Origin: an uncultured Bacilli bacterium
GTDB lineage: Bacteria; Bacillota_I; Bacilli_A; RF39; UBA660
NCBI GenBank assembly: GCA_934086185.1
Contig: CAKOHW010000002.1
Span: 31,377 to 95,376, forward strand
Length of the DNA stretch: 64,000 nt
Direction: 5' to 3'
Shown here: positions 1 through 10,803 of the stretch, piece after piece
Position numbering within the stretch: position 1 is the stretch's first letter
How the letters are laid out: every line of letters starts with the position of its first letter
Made by a program: the position numbers and the translations under genes
Notes under the pieces: model-generated
The model's input: only the letters and a program-made list of their open reading frames with translations
Told to the model about the DNA's origin: nothing
Databases searched by the model: none

Positions 1-559
1 CATAGTCTTTATCAAAATAAGGTAAATCAGGATATCTTTTACTTATTTCACAAATAATTAATCCCATTGGTCTACCCCAATCTCCTAAATGTACATCACT
101 TATTGTTTTATATCCTATTGCTTCACTTAATCTCTTTATTGCTTCTCCAATATTTGGGCTTCTTAAATGTCCAGCATGTAAAGCTTTAGCAACATTAGCA
201 CCACCATAATCCAAAAATATTATTTCATCTGTATCTATATGATATGTATTTATACTAAAATCATTATTTACTTCATTAATATATTTTATTAATAGATCAT
301 CACTTAATGTAACATTAATAAAACCAGGTCCAGCAATATTTACATCTTTAAAATAATTAGTTTCTTCCAACTTGCTTACTATCATATTTGCAATATCTCT
401 AGGATTTTTTTTATAAATACCTGCTAACTTCATACATCCATTATATTGATAATCTCCTAAATCGGGTCTATTAGATTGTGCTAATTTAACATCATCTTCT
501 AATTCTAATTCTTTTAATATATCTTTAAAAATACCCTCTAAAAAGTTAATTAAATTCAT
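1..559 (-). CDS. argS: arginyl-tRNA synthetase, N-terminal part (gene runs off the window start)
   Basis: Not in the ORF track because it is truncated. Reverse-strand ATG at 557-559 follows a GGGAAG SD. My translation MNLINFLEGIFKDILKELELEDD...DYGGANVAKALHAGHLRSPNIGEAI shows an ArgS-like N-terminal domain and a HIGH-type motif (HAGH). Confidence 0.75.
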   Translation of the reverse strand, partial: MNLINFLEGIFKDILKELELEDDVKLAQSNRPDLGDYQYNGCMKLAGIYKKNPRDIANMIVSKLEETNYFKDVNIAGPGFINVTLSDDLLIKYINEVNNDFSINTYHIDTDEIIFLDYGGANVAKALHAGHLRSPNIGEAIKRLSEAIGYKTISDVHLGDWGRPMGLIICEISKRYPDLPYFDKDY

Positions 560-646
560 GTAATCACTTCCCTTTTTGCCATTTAAATATATCATATATT
601 AAAAAAAATGTATATAAAAATTAGAGATATACTCTAATTAATATTA

Positions 647-2167
647 TTATTTTTTAGTTGTAGTTGATGCTGTTGTAGTTTCTTTATATTTATTTGTTTC
701 TAAAATATCATCTAATTTCTTTTTAGCTTCCATAACAGTTTCTTCTTTAGGATTCATTACATAAACTCTCGAACTACCAGTTGAATATGTTGTATTAGAA
801 GCATCACTACCATCAACTGAATAAGTTTCAATCTCCCAAGCATCATTACTCTTAATTTGTTTTTTAACTAATTTAGTAACAGATTTTTGATCTATATTAG
901 TTATAACAGAATCAGATACACTACCTAATAAACTATTATATTTAACTATTATTGACGGACTCATAGCTTTATCTATTATTGCCTTTAAAACTAACATTTG
1001 ATTTTCTATTCTACCTCTATCACCACCAGCAATAGTATGACGAGTTCTTGATAATGCTAATGCTTGTTCACCATTTAATTCTTGCTCACCTTTTCTTAAA
1101 CAAATTTTATTTGAACTAGTTCTAGAACTTGTTTGTTCGCAAAAATTAACAGGTACATCAACAGTAATACCACCTAATTTTTCTACTATATTAACAAATG
1201 TAGTAAAATTAACTCTTGCATAATAATCAACTTTAATATCATATAAATCTTCTAATGTACCAACAGATTCTTCAATACCATAAACACCAGCATGAGTTAA
1301 TTTATCCATAGATTTTTTACTATGTAATTTAACATAATAATCACGAGGAGTATTTACCATTAAAATCTTATTCTTACTAGGATTAACAGCAACTAATATG
1401 TTTACATCACTTCTAGCCTTAGATTCAACTTTACCATTAGTATCAACACCACTTATATAAAATACAAAATTATCTTTAGCAACATTTTTATTACTTTTTA
1501 TAGTTTTTATATAATTAGTTATATTAAAACTATATATTTTTTTAATATTATCATATTCATCAGTATCTTCTTGTAATAAATCAATACTAGAATCTAATGC
1601 AACTACACTATCTATTTCATTATTTTCTAAATCATCTAATGCTTCATTAACATCTTTATACTCTACCATATCAAACTCAATTTTATTAGATAACTTATCA
1701 ATTACTTTTTCTTTATTTTCATCTTCTATAACACCTATAGTTTTGTCACTCAAATCATTTACTTTTTCATATTCACTATCTTTAAGAACATATAATGAAT
1801 AACTATCTGTTCTTATTCCAGTATCAAATATTTTATTAAAGAAACTTAATGTACCAACTGAATATAAACAAACCATAATTAATATTAAAGTTAGTAATAT
1901 ACTTGGTATAGAAAATATTACTTTAATAGCTTTCTTTAATCTTTTATTATTTAATATTTTAAATAAACCAAATACAATTAATCCACCAAATATAATTAAC
2001 ATAGATAAATATTGAATTGGTAATAATTCAAAATAAATTATAAAACCTACACTTACAACAAATGATATTATAAGTAATACCGATACAATTTTAAAAAATA
2101 AATCATTTTTTTTCTTATTACTTTTCTTAGTTACTTTTTTACTATTTTTCATTATACATGTCTCCAC
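647..2167 (-). CDS. LytR/CpsA/Psr (LCP) family cell-envelope phosphotransferase
   Basis: 506-aa ORF with N-terminal TM segments, then LCP motifs (NILVAVNPSKNKILMVNTPRDYYV, LSRTRH..GGDRGRIENQ). Confidence 0.85.
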   Translation of the reverse strand: METCIMKNSKKVTKKSNKKKNDLFFKIVSVLLIISFVVSVGFIIYFELLPIQYLSMLIIFGGLIVFGLFKILNNKRLKKAIKVIFSIPSILLTLILIMVCLYSVGTLSFFNKIFDTGIRTDSYSLYVLKDSEYEKVNDLSDKTIGVIEDENKEKVIDKLSNKIEFDMVEYKDVNEALDDLENNEIDSVVALDSSIDLLQEDTDEYDNIKKIYSFNITNYIKTIKSNKNVAKDNFVFYISGVDTNGKVESKARSDVNILVAVNPSKNKILMVNTPRDYYVKLHSKKSMDKLTHAGVYGIEESVGTLEDLYDIKVDYYARVNFTTFVNIVEKLGGITVDVPVNFCEQTSSRTSSNKICLRKGEQELNGEQALALSRTRHTIAGGDRGRIENQMLVLKAIIDKAMSPSIIVKYNSLLGSVSDSVITNIDQKSVTKLVKKQIKSNDAWEIETYSVDGSDASNTTYSTGSSRVYVMNPKEETVMEAKKKLDDILETNKYKETTTASTTTKK

Positions 2168-2313
2168 TCATTAATATTCATAAAGAATACACACGTTAAT
2201 ATTATCACTAATTATATAATTAATTAAAGATTTTAAAAACATTTTACATCATTATTTACATAAAATAATAAGCACACTATTAGTATGCTCAATATCAATT
2301 TAATTATAATAAA

Positions 2314-2670
2314 TTATACCCATCTAGAAAAATATATATTTCTTGTATAACCTTCTTGGTACTTTTCAAATATCTTTAAAATTGCATTTATCATAACATC
2401 AATTATATTACTTCCTCTTTTAATACGCAATTTTAATAATTCATTTTGAGTTTCTTTTCTAAAACTATAATCATCTATATATTTAGATAAAACATAATCT
2501 AAATCTTCTATCTTTTTTAATTCATCTTTATTGTTTTCATCTATATTAAATATGTAATCACTATAAATATTAATAATTTTTAAAGTTATAAAATCTTCTT
2601 CATCGAATTCAAAATTATTAATTCTATAATAATTAGGACAATGACTTAAAATTATTTTATTTTTCTTCAT
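2314..2670 (-). CDS. hypothetical protein (118 aa)
   Basis: Clean ORF between two terminator-like regions. No recognisable motif. Confidence 0.5.
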   Translation of the reverse strand: MKKNKIILSHCPNYYRINNFEFDEEDFITLKIINIYSDYIFNIDENNKDELKKIEDLDYVLSKYIDDYSFRKETQNELLKLRIKRGSNIIDVMINAILKIFEKYQEGYTRNIYFSRWV

Positions 2671-2712
2671 ATTATCACTACCTTCAAGTATAATTCAATT
2701 ATAATATATGAT

Positions 2713-2745
2713 AAAAAAAAAGTCTACATTTGTAGACTAATTTTT
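2713..2745 (-). terminator. intrinsic terminator after the 505-aa surface protein gene
   Basis: Hairpin AGTCTACA-TTT-GTAGACT (2721-2738) flanked by an A8 run and T5. On the minus strand the stem is followed by a U-run. Confidence 0.75.
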
Positions 2746-2746
2746 A

Positions 2747-4264
2747 TTAAATTTGTTTAAATAAATTCTTTTTCTTACTTACGTAATATATTCCACCAGC
2801 AATAGCACCTACAGCTACAAAACTAATTATATAAGATACTATACCAGTTTTTCCATTAGTTGTTGTTCCAGTTTGTCCCCATTGAGCATATAGAATAACT
2901 GTTTTACTTTTATCACTAGTTATTTTGCCACCAGCATTTACACATTGTCCAGAACCATTTGGATTTGTACACCATTGTTTAAATGTCCATCCATCTCTAG
3001 TTGGTCCTTCAGCAACATCAACTGTTGCATTAAGTGCAATATTAGTTACTTCATCTGGAATGTTATTTACTGGATTACCATCAGCGTTTGCATCATATTT
3101 TAAGTTCCAGTTTCCTTCAGTTGGATCTTCAGAAGTTGAACATGTTTTATATTCAACGCTTAATACAAAAGGCCAATAATAAGAACCATATACATCAAAA
3201 TCTATATTTGCTGTAGTTGATGGATTATTGTCAAATGTAGACTTTTCTACAGTTCCAACTTGTATACATTTACCAGCTACTATACAATCTTTACTTCTTC
3301 CACCATTTTCTTTATATTCAGTACTTTCTATCCATTCTTTATAAGAATCATAACTATTTTTTATTGAATCATCAACTATATCTTTAACTGATTTTCCACC
3401 ATCTCTTAAAGTATCAGCTTTGGTTTTTCCATCAGCTCCAGATACTCCATCTATATTTCCAAATACAAATAAAGTTCCATCATTTGTAGCATATCCAAAT
3501 TTTTTATCACTTAAATCAGATGCATTACTAAGTTTTCTTGTTATGGAAATAGGCATAAAATATTTTTTAGCAGAAATATTATATGAAAGTAACGATTCAT
3601 CCACTGCACCATCAACATCATCTATTAAATTTTGTAAAGTCTTTGTATCAAAAATTTCACTATCAGGTACTTCACTATTATTTTCATATTTACCACGATT
3701 AATAGTTGTTGAAATTCCTGAATAATCTATATTTTTTTGAATTGTATGAATTTTAAATATATTTTCGTCATTTAATTTATCCCAACTATTAGATATAGGA
3801 TTAAAATTAGCATCATAGTTTGACCACTCACCATGTAATAATATTGCTGATGTATTATATTTACTGCCTTCAGGAAGAGTCGTAACAAATGAATTACCAT
3901 ATACTTTATAATCAGTATCAATCTTATAATATTCATTATTTTTACTTTTCTCTATCGCAGAATTATGCATTAAAAAGTAATCATGTATATTGTCGTCAGT
4001 AGTAACGTTATTAGACGTAACCTTTACTATTTCGGTTCCTTGAGGAAATTCAAACGGAAATTGAGTAGTAGTTTGATATCCTTTAGAACTATAAACATCC
4101 AAAATATTTCCAGCATAAAGTCCATTAACATCTAAAAATAAATAATTCTGTAAATGATATTGACAATCATCATTTGCTGCTTTAACTTTTGGTAAATCCA
4201 TAAACGGAATTAATACTGCTAAAGCTAAACCAATAACCCCAAGTTTTTTTATTATTTTTTTCAT
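2747..4264 (-). CDS. secreted/anchored surface protein with a Listeria-Bacteroides-type repeat and a C-terminal TM anchor
   Basis: N-terminal signal peptide (…DLPKVKA). C-terminal TRDGWTFKQW…VILYAQW repeat, then a hydrophobic segment plus KKK tail. No LPXTG seen. Confidence 0.75.
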   Translation of the reverse strand: MKKIIKKLGVIGLALAVLIPFMDLPKVKAANDDCQYHLQNYLFLDVNGLYAGNILDVYSSKGYQTTTQFPFEFPQGTEIVKVTSNNVTTDDNIHDYFLMHNSAIEKSKNNEYYKIDTDYKVYGNSFVTTLPEGSKYNTSAILLHGEWSNYDANFNPISNSWDKLNDENIFKIHTIQKNIDYSGISTTINRGKYENNSEVPDSEIFDTKTLQNLIDDVDGAVDESLLSYNISAKKYFMPISITRKLSNASDLSDKKFGYATNDGTLFVFGNIDGVSGADGKTKADTLRDGGKSVKDIVDDSIKNSYDSYKEWIESTEYKENGGRSKDCIVAGKCIQVGTVEKSTFDNNPSTTANIDFDVYGSYYWPFVLSVEYKTCSTSEDPTEGNWNLKYDANADGNPVNNIPDEVTNIALNATVDVAEGPTRDGWTFKQWCTNPNGSGQCVNAGGKITSDKSKTVILYAQWGQTGTTTNGKTGIVSYIISFVAVGAIAGGIYYVSKKKNLFKQI

Positions 4265-4407
4265 AAAACCCTTCTTTCTTAGTTAGATATAACTATTACT
4301 ATTTATATTTATACCCTACCTATAATAAATTATAACATAAAACAAAAAAAATAAAAGACATTTTTCGACAAAAATGAAAAAAATGTAAAATTTTACATTT
4401 ACACTTT

Positions 4408-5466
4408 TTATTTAACAAATAATCGTAATATATCTTGATATGTTATAACTAACATAAGTATCATTAATAATATAAATCCAACAGTATGGAAAATATTTTC
4501 AACCTCAGGTTTTACTGGACTACCTTTTATTTTTTCAATTAATACAAATAATATCCTACCACCATCAAATGCTGGAAAAGGAATAATGTTTACAAATCCT
4601 AAATTTACTGACAAATAAGCAGTTAAATATAAGATATTTTGAAAACCATATTTTGCTGATTGACCTACTACAGTATACATTCCAACAGGTCCAGCTAAGC
4701 TACTTAAACCAAGTTTACCAGTTATTAATTTAAATATTATTATAGCCATACTAGAAATTACGCTATAAAATTTTAAAAATGCATATTTGATTGATTTTAA
4801 AAAACCATGATTTAAAGTTTCTCCTACTCCAAATCCAAATGTCATGCTCTCTACAGTACCATCTTTTTTCTTCTTTACTTCAGGAGTTACTTTTATTTTT
4901 TTAATTGAACCATCTTGTTTTTTTACAACAAAATCGTAAGTATCAGATGAATGTTTTAAAGAAATTGCTATCTGAATTTTATCCCAGGTATCAGTTTTCA
5001 TATTATTAATACTTACTATTCTATCTCCAACTTCTATTCCACTTTGCTCAATTGGAGCTCCAGGAGTAACTAAACCTACATAACTTAATTGTTCACTGCT
5101 CCCCCAAATAAGTCCTTGAAAAAAGAATAATACTAAAGCCAATATAAAGTTCATAGTAACACCAGCACCCAAAATTAAAAATTTTTGATAAGGCTTTTTA
5201 TTACACATATATTGGTCTTTTTTTAATTTTTTATTTTTTTCTTCTACTACCTCTCCAGCCATAGCACAAAAACCACCAATTGGTAATAATCTCAAACTAT
5301 AAACTGTGGGATCATTTTTTCTCTTCCATTTAAATATTTGTGGCCCCATACCTAAAGCAAACTCATCAACATGCACGCCACACTTCTTAGCAACTATAAA
5401 ATGTCCAAATTCGTGAACAAATATAAGTATACCAAGCATTAAAATTAAAATAATTAGTGTTACCAT
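4408..5466 (-). CDS. rseP: RIP site-2 zinc metalloprotease RseP/RasP
   Basis: HEFGH motif at the N-terminus, PDZ-like middle, C-terminal NIIPFPAFDGG motif. Located next to cdsA as in other Firmicutes. Confidence 0.9.
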   Translation of the reverse strand: MVTLIILILMLGILIFVHEFGHFIVAKKCGVHVDEFALGMGPQIFKWKRKNDPTVYSLRLLPIGGFCAMAGEVVEEKNKKLKKDQYMCNKKPYQKFLILGAGVTMNFILALVLFFFQGLIWGSSEQLSYVGLVTPGAPIEQSGIEVGDRIVSINNMKTDTWDKIQIAISLKHSSDTYDFVVKKQDGSIKKIKVTPEVKKKKDGTVESMTFGFGVGETLNHGFLKSIKYAFLKFYSVISSMAIIIFKLITGKLGLSSLAGPVGMYTVVGQSAKYGFQNILYLTAYLSVNLGFVNIIPFPAFDGGRILFVLIEKIKGSPVKPEVENIFHTVGFILLMILMLVITYQDILRLFVK

Positions 5467-5475
5467 TAATACCTC

Positions 5476-6270
5476 CTATAAATATGAAATTATTATAATA
5501 AATGCAAACATTACAAATATTATACTATCTAATCTATCTAATATACCACCATGTCCAGGTATTAAATTAGAAAAATCTTTAACTTTGTTTTCTCTCTTTA
5601 TTGCACTAAAGAATAAATCTCCTACTTGTCCTACAACACTTAAAAATAATATTAAACCTATAACAATTAATATATTTGTGTTTACATTTATTAAATTAAT
5701 ATAATACATTGTTACAACAAAAGTAGAAATCAAACTTCCTATAATACATCCCTCTATAGTTTTATTTGGACTAATACTAGTAAATTTGTGTTTACCAACC
5801 AATTTACCTCCAAATAAAGCAAAAGTATCAGTCAATATAGTAATAAGTATTAACATAATAAAATATTTAATACCATAATTATATACAGAAATTAATAAAT
5901 TAAAACCAATTCCCAAAAATAATACATTACTTAATAACTTAAAAGCATCTTCTATCTTATATTTATTTTTATAAAATATTGTAGGAACACAAATACATAA
6001 TATTATTCCACATAATAACTTATAAGAAACTCCAAATAATAAACCATACTTTTCAAAATTAGAATATATCAAAAATATAGTACTTATTAACCCAATAATC
6101 TTCATTAAATTGGGTAAATTTTTACCATCCTTTAATTCTATTAATTCCTTATACGCAGCAAAACCTATTAATCCAACTGCCAAACTATATAGTATACCTC
6201 CAATATAAATTAATGGAATAACTATCATTAACATAATAATTGCACTTATAATTCTTTTTTTCATAATCAC
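5476..6270 (-). CDS. cdsA: phosphatidate cytidylyltransferase
   Basis: Polytopic membrane protein with SPNKTIEG…GDLFFSAIKR…PGHGGILDRLDS signature. Confidence 0.9.
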   Translation of the reverse strand: MIMKKRIISAIIMLMIVIPLIYIGGILYSLAVGLIGFAAYKELIELKDGKNLPNLMKIIGLISTIFLIYSNFEKYGLLFGVSYKLLCGIILCICVPTIFYKNKYKIEDAFKLLSNVLFLGIGFNLLISVYNYGIKYFIMLILITILTDTFALFGGKLVGKHKFTSISPNKTIEGCIIGSLISTFVVTMYYINLINVNTNILIVIGLILFLSVVGQVGDLFFSAIKRENKVKDFSNLIPGHGGILDRLDSIIFVMFAFIIIISYL

Positions 6271-6317
6271 TACACTCCTATAGATAAGTATACCATAAAA
6301 TGATTAAAAGTCTATTA

Positions 6318-7085
6318 TTATTCTTTAATAATTTCACTTAAATATACAATTTTTAAATCATAACTCATAAGTTTAGATACTAGCACTTTAAAATTATCAA
6401 CTGTAAAATAATCATCTATCATTATAATACTACCATTATCTATATTATTAATTACATTAACATAATTATTATTATTAATTTTCTTATTAGGATTAACAAC
6501 ATAATACTTTTTATTCTTACAAACCTTAATATTAGAATAATCTAAAATACATATCTTTTTATTTAACTTTTTCTTATTTAATAAAGTATCTAAATCGTTA
6601 AATGATTTTTCACTACTTTCACCATTAATATTTTCATTATAATTTAAGATACTATTTACTTTAATTAACTTAGAATACTTAATTTTTTTTCTATCTAAAT
6701 ACTCAATAACTTTATTATTATCACCTACAATTATACTAACCTGTCTTATATTCTTATTACCAGATATAATAATTTTATCTTTATTATTATCTAAACTAAC
6801 ATTAGGACTATAACTATCATAAATTAAATAAGTATCATTAAAACTCCCAAAGTCTTTCATATTTAAAAAACTTTCCATTTCATTAATTTTTTTACCTTTT
6901 ATACCAGGTATTATAGTATTATTATCTATTATAGCATCAACACTTTTAACTTCATAATTAACCATATTACTTTTTATATTTTGCATCAAAGGATTAGTAT
7001 TAATTGCAAGTTCAGTAACCCTATCAGTTAAATAAAAAGAAAAAACTAATAAAGACATAATTCCAAGTAATCTAAAATATTTCAT
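6318..7085 (-). CDS. membrane-anchored hypothetical protein (255 aa)
   Basis: Single N-terminal hydrophobic segment, Asn/Lys-rich ectodomain, no motif recognised. Confidence 0.55.
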   Translation of the reverse strand: MKYFRLLGIMSLLVFSFYLTDRVTELAINTNPLMQNIKSNMVNYEVKSVDAIIDNNTIIPGIKGKKINEMESFLNMKDFGSFNDTYLIYDSYSPNVSLDNNKDKIIISGNKNIRQVSIIVGDNNKVIEYLDRKKIKYSKLIKVNSILNYNENINGESSEKSFNDLDTLLNKKKLNKKICILDYSNIKVCKNKKYYVVNPNKKINNNNYVNVINNIDNGSIIMIDDYFTVDNFKVLVSKLMSYDLKIVYLSEIIKE

Positions 7086-7165
7086 ATTTCACCCTAATTA
7101 ATTATATAAATTTACATTTGATTTAATTACTTATATTTTATATAATACACAAATGAGGTATTATT

Positions 7166-8071
7166 ATGATTAGTATTAAAGAAAAAAGAATTCTAGATAA
7201 ATTTAAAAAAATATATGAAATGAAAATAACAAATAAGAATTTAAATACATTAGATGATTTTGAAAATATAAAAATTGACAATTCAACTTTAAATAATAAA
7301 ATGATATTAAAATTTTTAGATAGCCTAACTGAAGAAGAAAAAAATTATATAATTTATCATTCAATATTTTACGCTGAAAAAAATAATTCCAAATTTATAA
7401 AACAAATTCTTAAAAATATAAATACTCATGGAAAAAATTTAAATAAATTTAACAGAGAAACACTAAATATAATAATATTAAATACAATATATTTCATAGA
7501 CCAACAAGAGACACTTTTGACTATTGATTCATTAAAAAAATTTAATAAACAATTTAGTAAATACTTTAATAAAATAGAATATTACGAAATTAATTCACTA
7601 CCAACTTTATATAGAAATATACTAAAAATTATTTTATTTTCAAATGATGATTACTTAAAAACACTAGATGAAATATTTAATACAAATAAATATGATAAAT
7701 TAATAATAGAATATTTAAACGACACAGATATCAATACAATTAAAAAGTATCTAATAAGATTAATTTTCTTTGATGCCTATATTTTATTAAAAAATGAATT
7801 AAATAAAATAATTATTGAAATACAAAATATTATTAATGAATTTGATGAAGACTCTTTAGGAAACTTCATTTTAGACTATATAAATTATTCAATAAAAAAT
7901 AATAAATTTGAAATACCAAAAAATAATGTAATGAAATCTGAGCTTTACTATGCATTTTTAGACTTTTTCTTAGATGAAAACGACAAAGAAATTAGTATAA
8001 AAAATGTTGAAGAAAAAAATCAAAAAGAACTAAGATTATTAAACCCTCTATATAAAATAGACGATTATTAA
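7166..8071 (+). CDS. hypothetical protein (301 aa)
   Basis: Only long plus-strand ORF in this interval. GAGG SD 7 nt upstream of the ATG. Low-complexity sequence with no motif. Confidence 0.5.
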   Translation: MISIKEKRILDKFKKIYEMKITNKNLNTLDDFENIKIDNSTLNNKMILKFLDSLTEEEKNYIIYHSIFYAEKNNSKFIKQILKNINTHGKNLNKFNRETLNIIILNTIYFIDQQETLLTIDSLKKFNKQFSKYFNKIEYYEINSLPTLYRNILKIILFSNDDYLKTLDEIFNTNKYDKLIIEYLNDTDINTIKKYLIRLIFFDAYILLKNELNKIIIEIQNIINEFDEDSLGNFILDYINYSIKNNKFEIPKNNVMKSELYYAFLDFFLDENDKEISIKNVEEKNQKELRLLNPLYKIDDY

Positions 8072-8080
8072 TAGTCTTTT

Positions 8081-8416
8081 TTATTGTTCATTTTCCTGTT
8101 TTTTGCTAGTTAAAAAACTTATTTTTTCAGCAATTACTTCAGTTATATATTTTACTTCTCCATTATCTTCATAATTTCTAACTTGTAATCTTCCTCTTAT
8201 TCCAATCAAATCACCTTTTTTACAATATTCACTCACATTTTTAGCAATACCATTCCATAAAGAACATTTAATAAAATCTGTATCATATATTCCATCAGGA
8301 TTTTTAAAACTTCTTTGAACCGCTATTGTAACCAATACATGTTCTTTACTATTTTCACTTTTCTTAAGTTCAGGATCACTCACTAATCTACCAATTAAAT
8401 AAACTAAATTATACAT
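8081..8416 (-). CDS. ssb: single-stranded DNA-binding protein (short, tail-less form)
   Basis: OB-fold SSB pattern MYNLVYLIGRLVSDPELK…IRGRLQVRNYE. 111 aa, ends …KKQENEQ without the acidic DDxxPF tip. Confidence 0.8.
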   Translation of the reverse strand: MYNLVYLIGRLVSDPELKKSENSKEHVLVTIAVQRSFKNPDGIYDTDFIKCSLWNGIAKNVSEYCKKGDLIGIRGRLQVRNYEDNGEVKYITEVIAEKISFLTSKKQENEQ

Positions 8417-8504
8417 AATATCCTCCTTTCCAAAAAGAAAATAACAAATAAATATTTATTTATCAAACCAATGTTTTTTATAATCTGTATTAAAAATTTA
8501 GCAA

Positions 8505-8533
8505 AATTAAAAAATCTCCATAAAGAGATTTTT
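8505..8533 (-). terminator. intrinsic terminator downstream of the topoisomerase B gene
   Basis: Stem AAATCTC/GAGATTT (8512-8518 / 8525-8531), followed on the minus strand by UUUUAAUUUU. Confidence 0.65.
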
Positions 8534-8569
8534 ACTATTTGTAAACAAATTTATAAGTTTAGTATATTT

Positions 8570-10471
8570 TTAAAAAACATAATCATCTTCAAGTGAAAAT
8601 TCTACATTTTCATTAATCCATTCTTTTCTTGGCTCAACTACATCTCCCATTAATACACTTACTCTTTTTTCAGCAAGTACACCGTCATTTATTGAAACCT
8701 TTATTAAATTTCTAGTTTCAGGACACATTGTAGTTTCCCAGAATGGTCCAGGATTCATTTCACCTAAACCTTTATATCTTTGAACTTGATAATTACTTTT
8801 ACCATTAGTATATTCTTTTAATTCCTCATTCGTCCAGAAATATTTTACTTCTTTATTATAATCAACTCTAAATAAAGGAGGCATTGCAATATACAAATGA
8901 CCATTTTCTATTAAAGGTCTCATAAATCTATAGAAGAAAGTTAATAATAAACATTGAATATGTGCTCCATCATCATCGGCATCTGTAGTAATAATAACTT
9001 TATCATAATTAATATCTTTTATATCAAAATCATTACCAACACCTGCACCAACACAATGTATTATAGTATTAATTTCTTCATTTTTAAATATATCAGATAT
9101 ATTTGCTTTCTCAGTATTTATAATTTTTCCACGTAAAGGTAATATTGCTTGGAATTTTCTATCACGACTCTTCTTAGCAGTACCACCAGCTGAATTTCCT
9201 TCTACTATAAATAATTCATTAATTTTTGGATTTCTACTTTGAGGAGGAGTTAATTTAGCACTTAAACTCTTAGCTTCTCCTTTTTTAGTTTTTCCATTTC
9301 TTGCCTCTTCTCTTGCTTTTCTTGCAGCTTCTCTTGCATTTTTACTCTTTTGAGCTTTTTCAATTATAGAAACAGCAGTATCTCTATTTTCTTCTAAAAA
9401 GAATTTCAAATTATCATAAACAATACTTTCAACAACAGTTCTTGCTTCTGGAGTACCTAATTTTCCTTTTGTTTGCCCTTCAAATTGTAAATACTTTTCA
9501 GGAATTTTTAAATTAATTACTGCAGTTAATCCTTCTCTTACATCACTACCATCAAAATTACTATCTTTTACTTTAAGTAAATTATTTAATCTAGCATAAT
9601 CATTAAAGACCTTAGTAATACCTGTTTTAAAACCTACTTCATGAGTACCACCATCACTAGTTTTTACGTTATTTACAAAGGATAAAATATCTTCATTATA
9701 TGAATCCGTATATTGTAATGCGATATCAACTTCAATATCATTTTTAACTCCATGAATTGGTACAACTTTATGCAAAGTATTTTTATTTTCATTTATATAT
9801 TCTACAAAAGATATTAACCCATTATCATAATGATACATTGCTTTCTTTTCATCTTGTATATCTTCTAACTCTACTGTTAACTTATTTAATAAAAAAGCAC
9901 TTTCTTGCATTCTTTCACATAAAGTAGTAAAAGAAAATTGATTATTTTTAAATATTTCCTTATCAGGCATAAAGGTAACTTCAGTACCAGTTAATTTAGT
10001 AGTACCAATTTGTTTTAAATCTTCTAATAAATGTCCACCATTATGAAATTTTATAGTACTTATAACTCCATCTCTATAAATAGTAACATTCATCCATTCA
10101 GATAAAGCATTAACAACACTAGCACCGACACCGTGTAAACCACCTGATACTTTATATCCAGATTCTGAAAACTTTCCTCCTGCATGTAATATTGTATAAA
10201 TAACTTCAGGAGTACTTTTACCACTAGCATGTTTACCTATTGGCACTCCTCTACCATTATCTCTAACAGTTAAGCTCCCATCTTCATTTATTGTAACTTT
10301 AATTAAAGAACCAAAACCATTAATAATTTCATCTATAGAATTATCAATTATTTCCCATGCTAAATGGTGAAGCCCTCTTTTATCAGTTGATCCAATATAC
10401 ATACCAGGTCTTTTTCTTACTGCTTCTAAACCTTCAAGTATTTTTATTGAACTTTCATCATATTTTGCCAT
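8570..10471 (-). CDS. type IIA DNA topoisomerase subunit B (ParE or GyrB)
   Basis: GHKL ATPase and Toprim motifs (LEGLEAVRKRPGMYIGST, HHLAWEIIDNSIDE, VEGNSAGG, PLRGKIIN, DADDDGAHI). No A-subunit gene is adjacent, so ParE versus GyrB cannot be decided. Confidence 0.9.
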   Translation of the reverse strand: MAKYDESSIKILEGLEAVRKRPGMYIGSTDKRGLHHLAWEIIDNSIDEIINGFGSLIKVTINEDGSLTVRDNGRGVPIGKHASGKSTPEVIYTILHAGGKFSESGYKVSGGLHGVGASVVNALSEWMNVTIYRDGVISTIKFHNGGHLLEDLKQIGTTKLTGTEVTFMPDKEIFKNNQFSFTTLCERMQESAFLLNKLTVELEDIQDEKKAMYHYDNGLISFVEYINENKNTLHKVVPIHGVKNDIEVDIALQYTDSYNEDILSFVNNVKTSDGGTHEVGFKTGITKVFNDYARLNNLLKVKDSNFDGSDVREGLTAVINLKIPEKYLQFEGQTKGKLGTPEARTVVESIVYDNLKFFLEENRDTAVSIIEKAQKSKNAREAARKAREEARNGKTKKGEAKSLSAKLTPPQSRNPKINELFIVEGNSAGGTAKKSRDRKFQAILPLRGKIINTEKANISDIFKNEEINTIIHCVGAGVGNDFDIKDINYDKVIITTDADDDGAHIQCLLLTFFYRFMRPLIENGHLYIAMPPLFRVDYNKEVKYFWTNEELKEYTNGKSNYQVQRYKGLGEMNPGPFWETTMCPETRNLIKVSINDGVLAEKRVSVLMGDVVEPRKEWINENVEFSLEDDYVF

Positions 10472-10533
10472 ATCATCACCTTATTAAATTTTATCACGCG
10501 TACCAGATAAATACAATATAAAAGACAGTTTTT

Positions 10534-10803
10534 TTACACTGTCTCAACTGTTTCATCATCTATATATTCATTTAAAAATCTATCGACAAATATTTGTTTT
10601 AAAAATATAATATCAGCTTCATTTGTTACAGGAATAAATGTATCATTAACATGTTCAAAAAACACACTTTTTTCTTTAGGTATTTCACTATCATAATCGA
10701 CTTCTAGAGTCAAATAATATACATGTCCATTTTCTTCTGCACCATCTGTAACAATATATTTCTTTTTATTTGCTAGTTCAACTATAGTACCACTTTCAAT
10801 CAC
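10534..10803 (-). CDS. small acidic hypothetical protein (89 aa)
   Basis: ORF abutting the stop of the upstream 509-aa ORF (shared base 10803). No motif. Confidence 0.5.
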   Translation of the reverse strand: MIESGTIVELANKKKYIVTDGAEENGHVYYLTLEVDYDSEIPKEKSVFFEHVNDTFIPVTNEADIIFLKQIFVDRFLNEYIDDETVETV

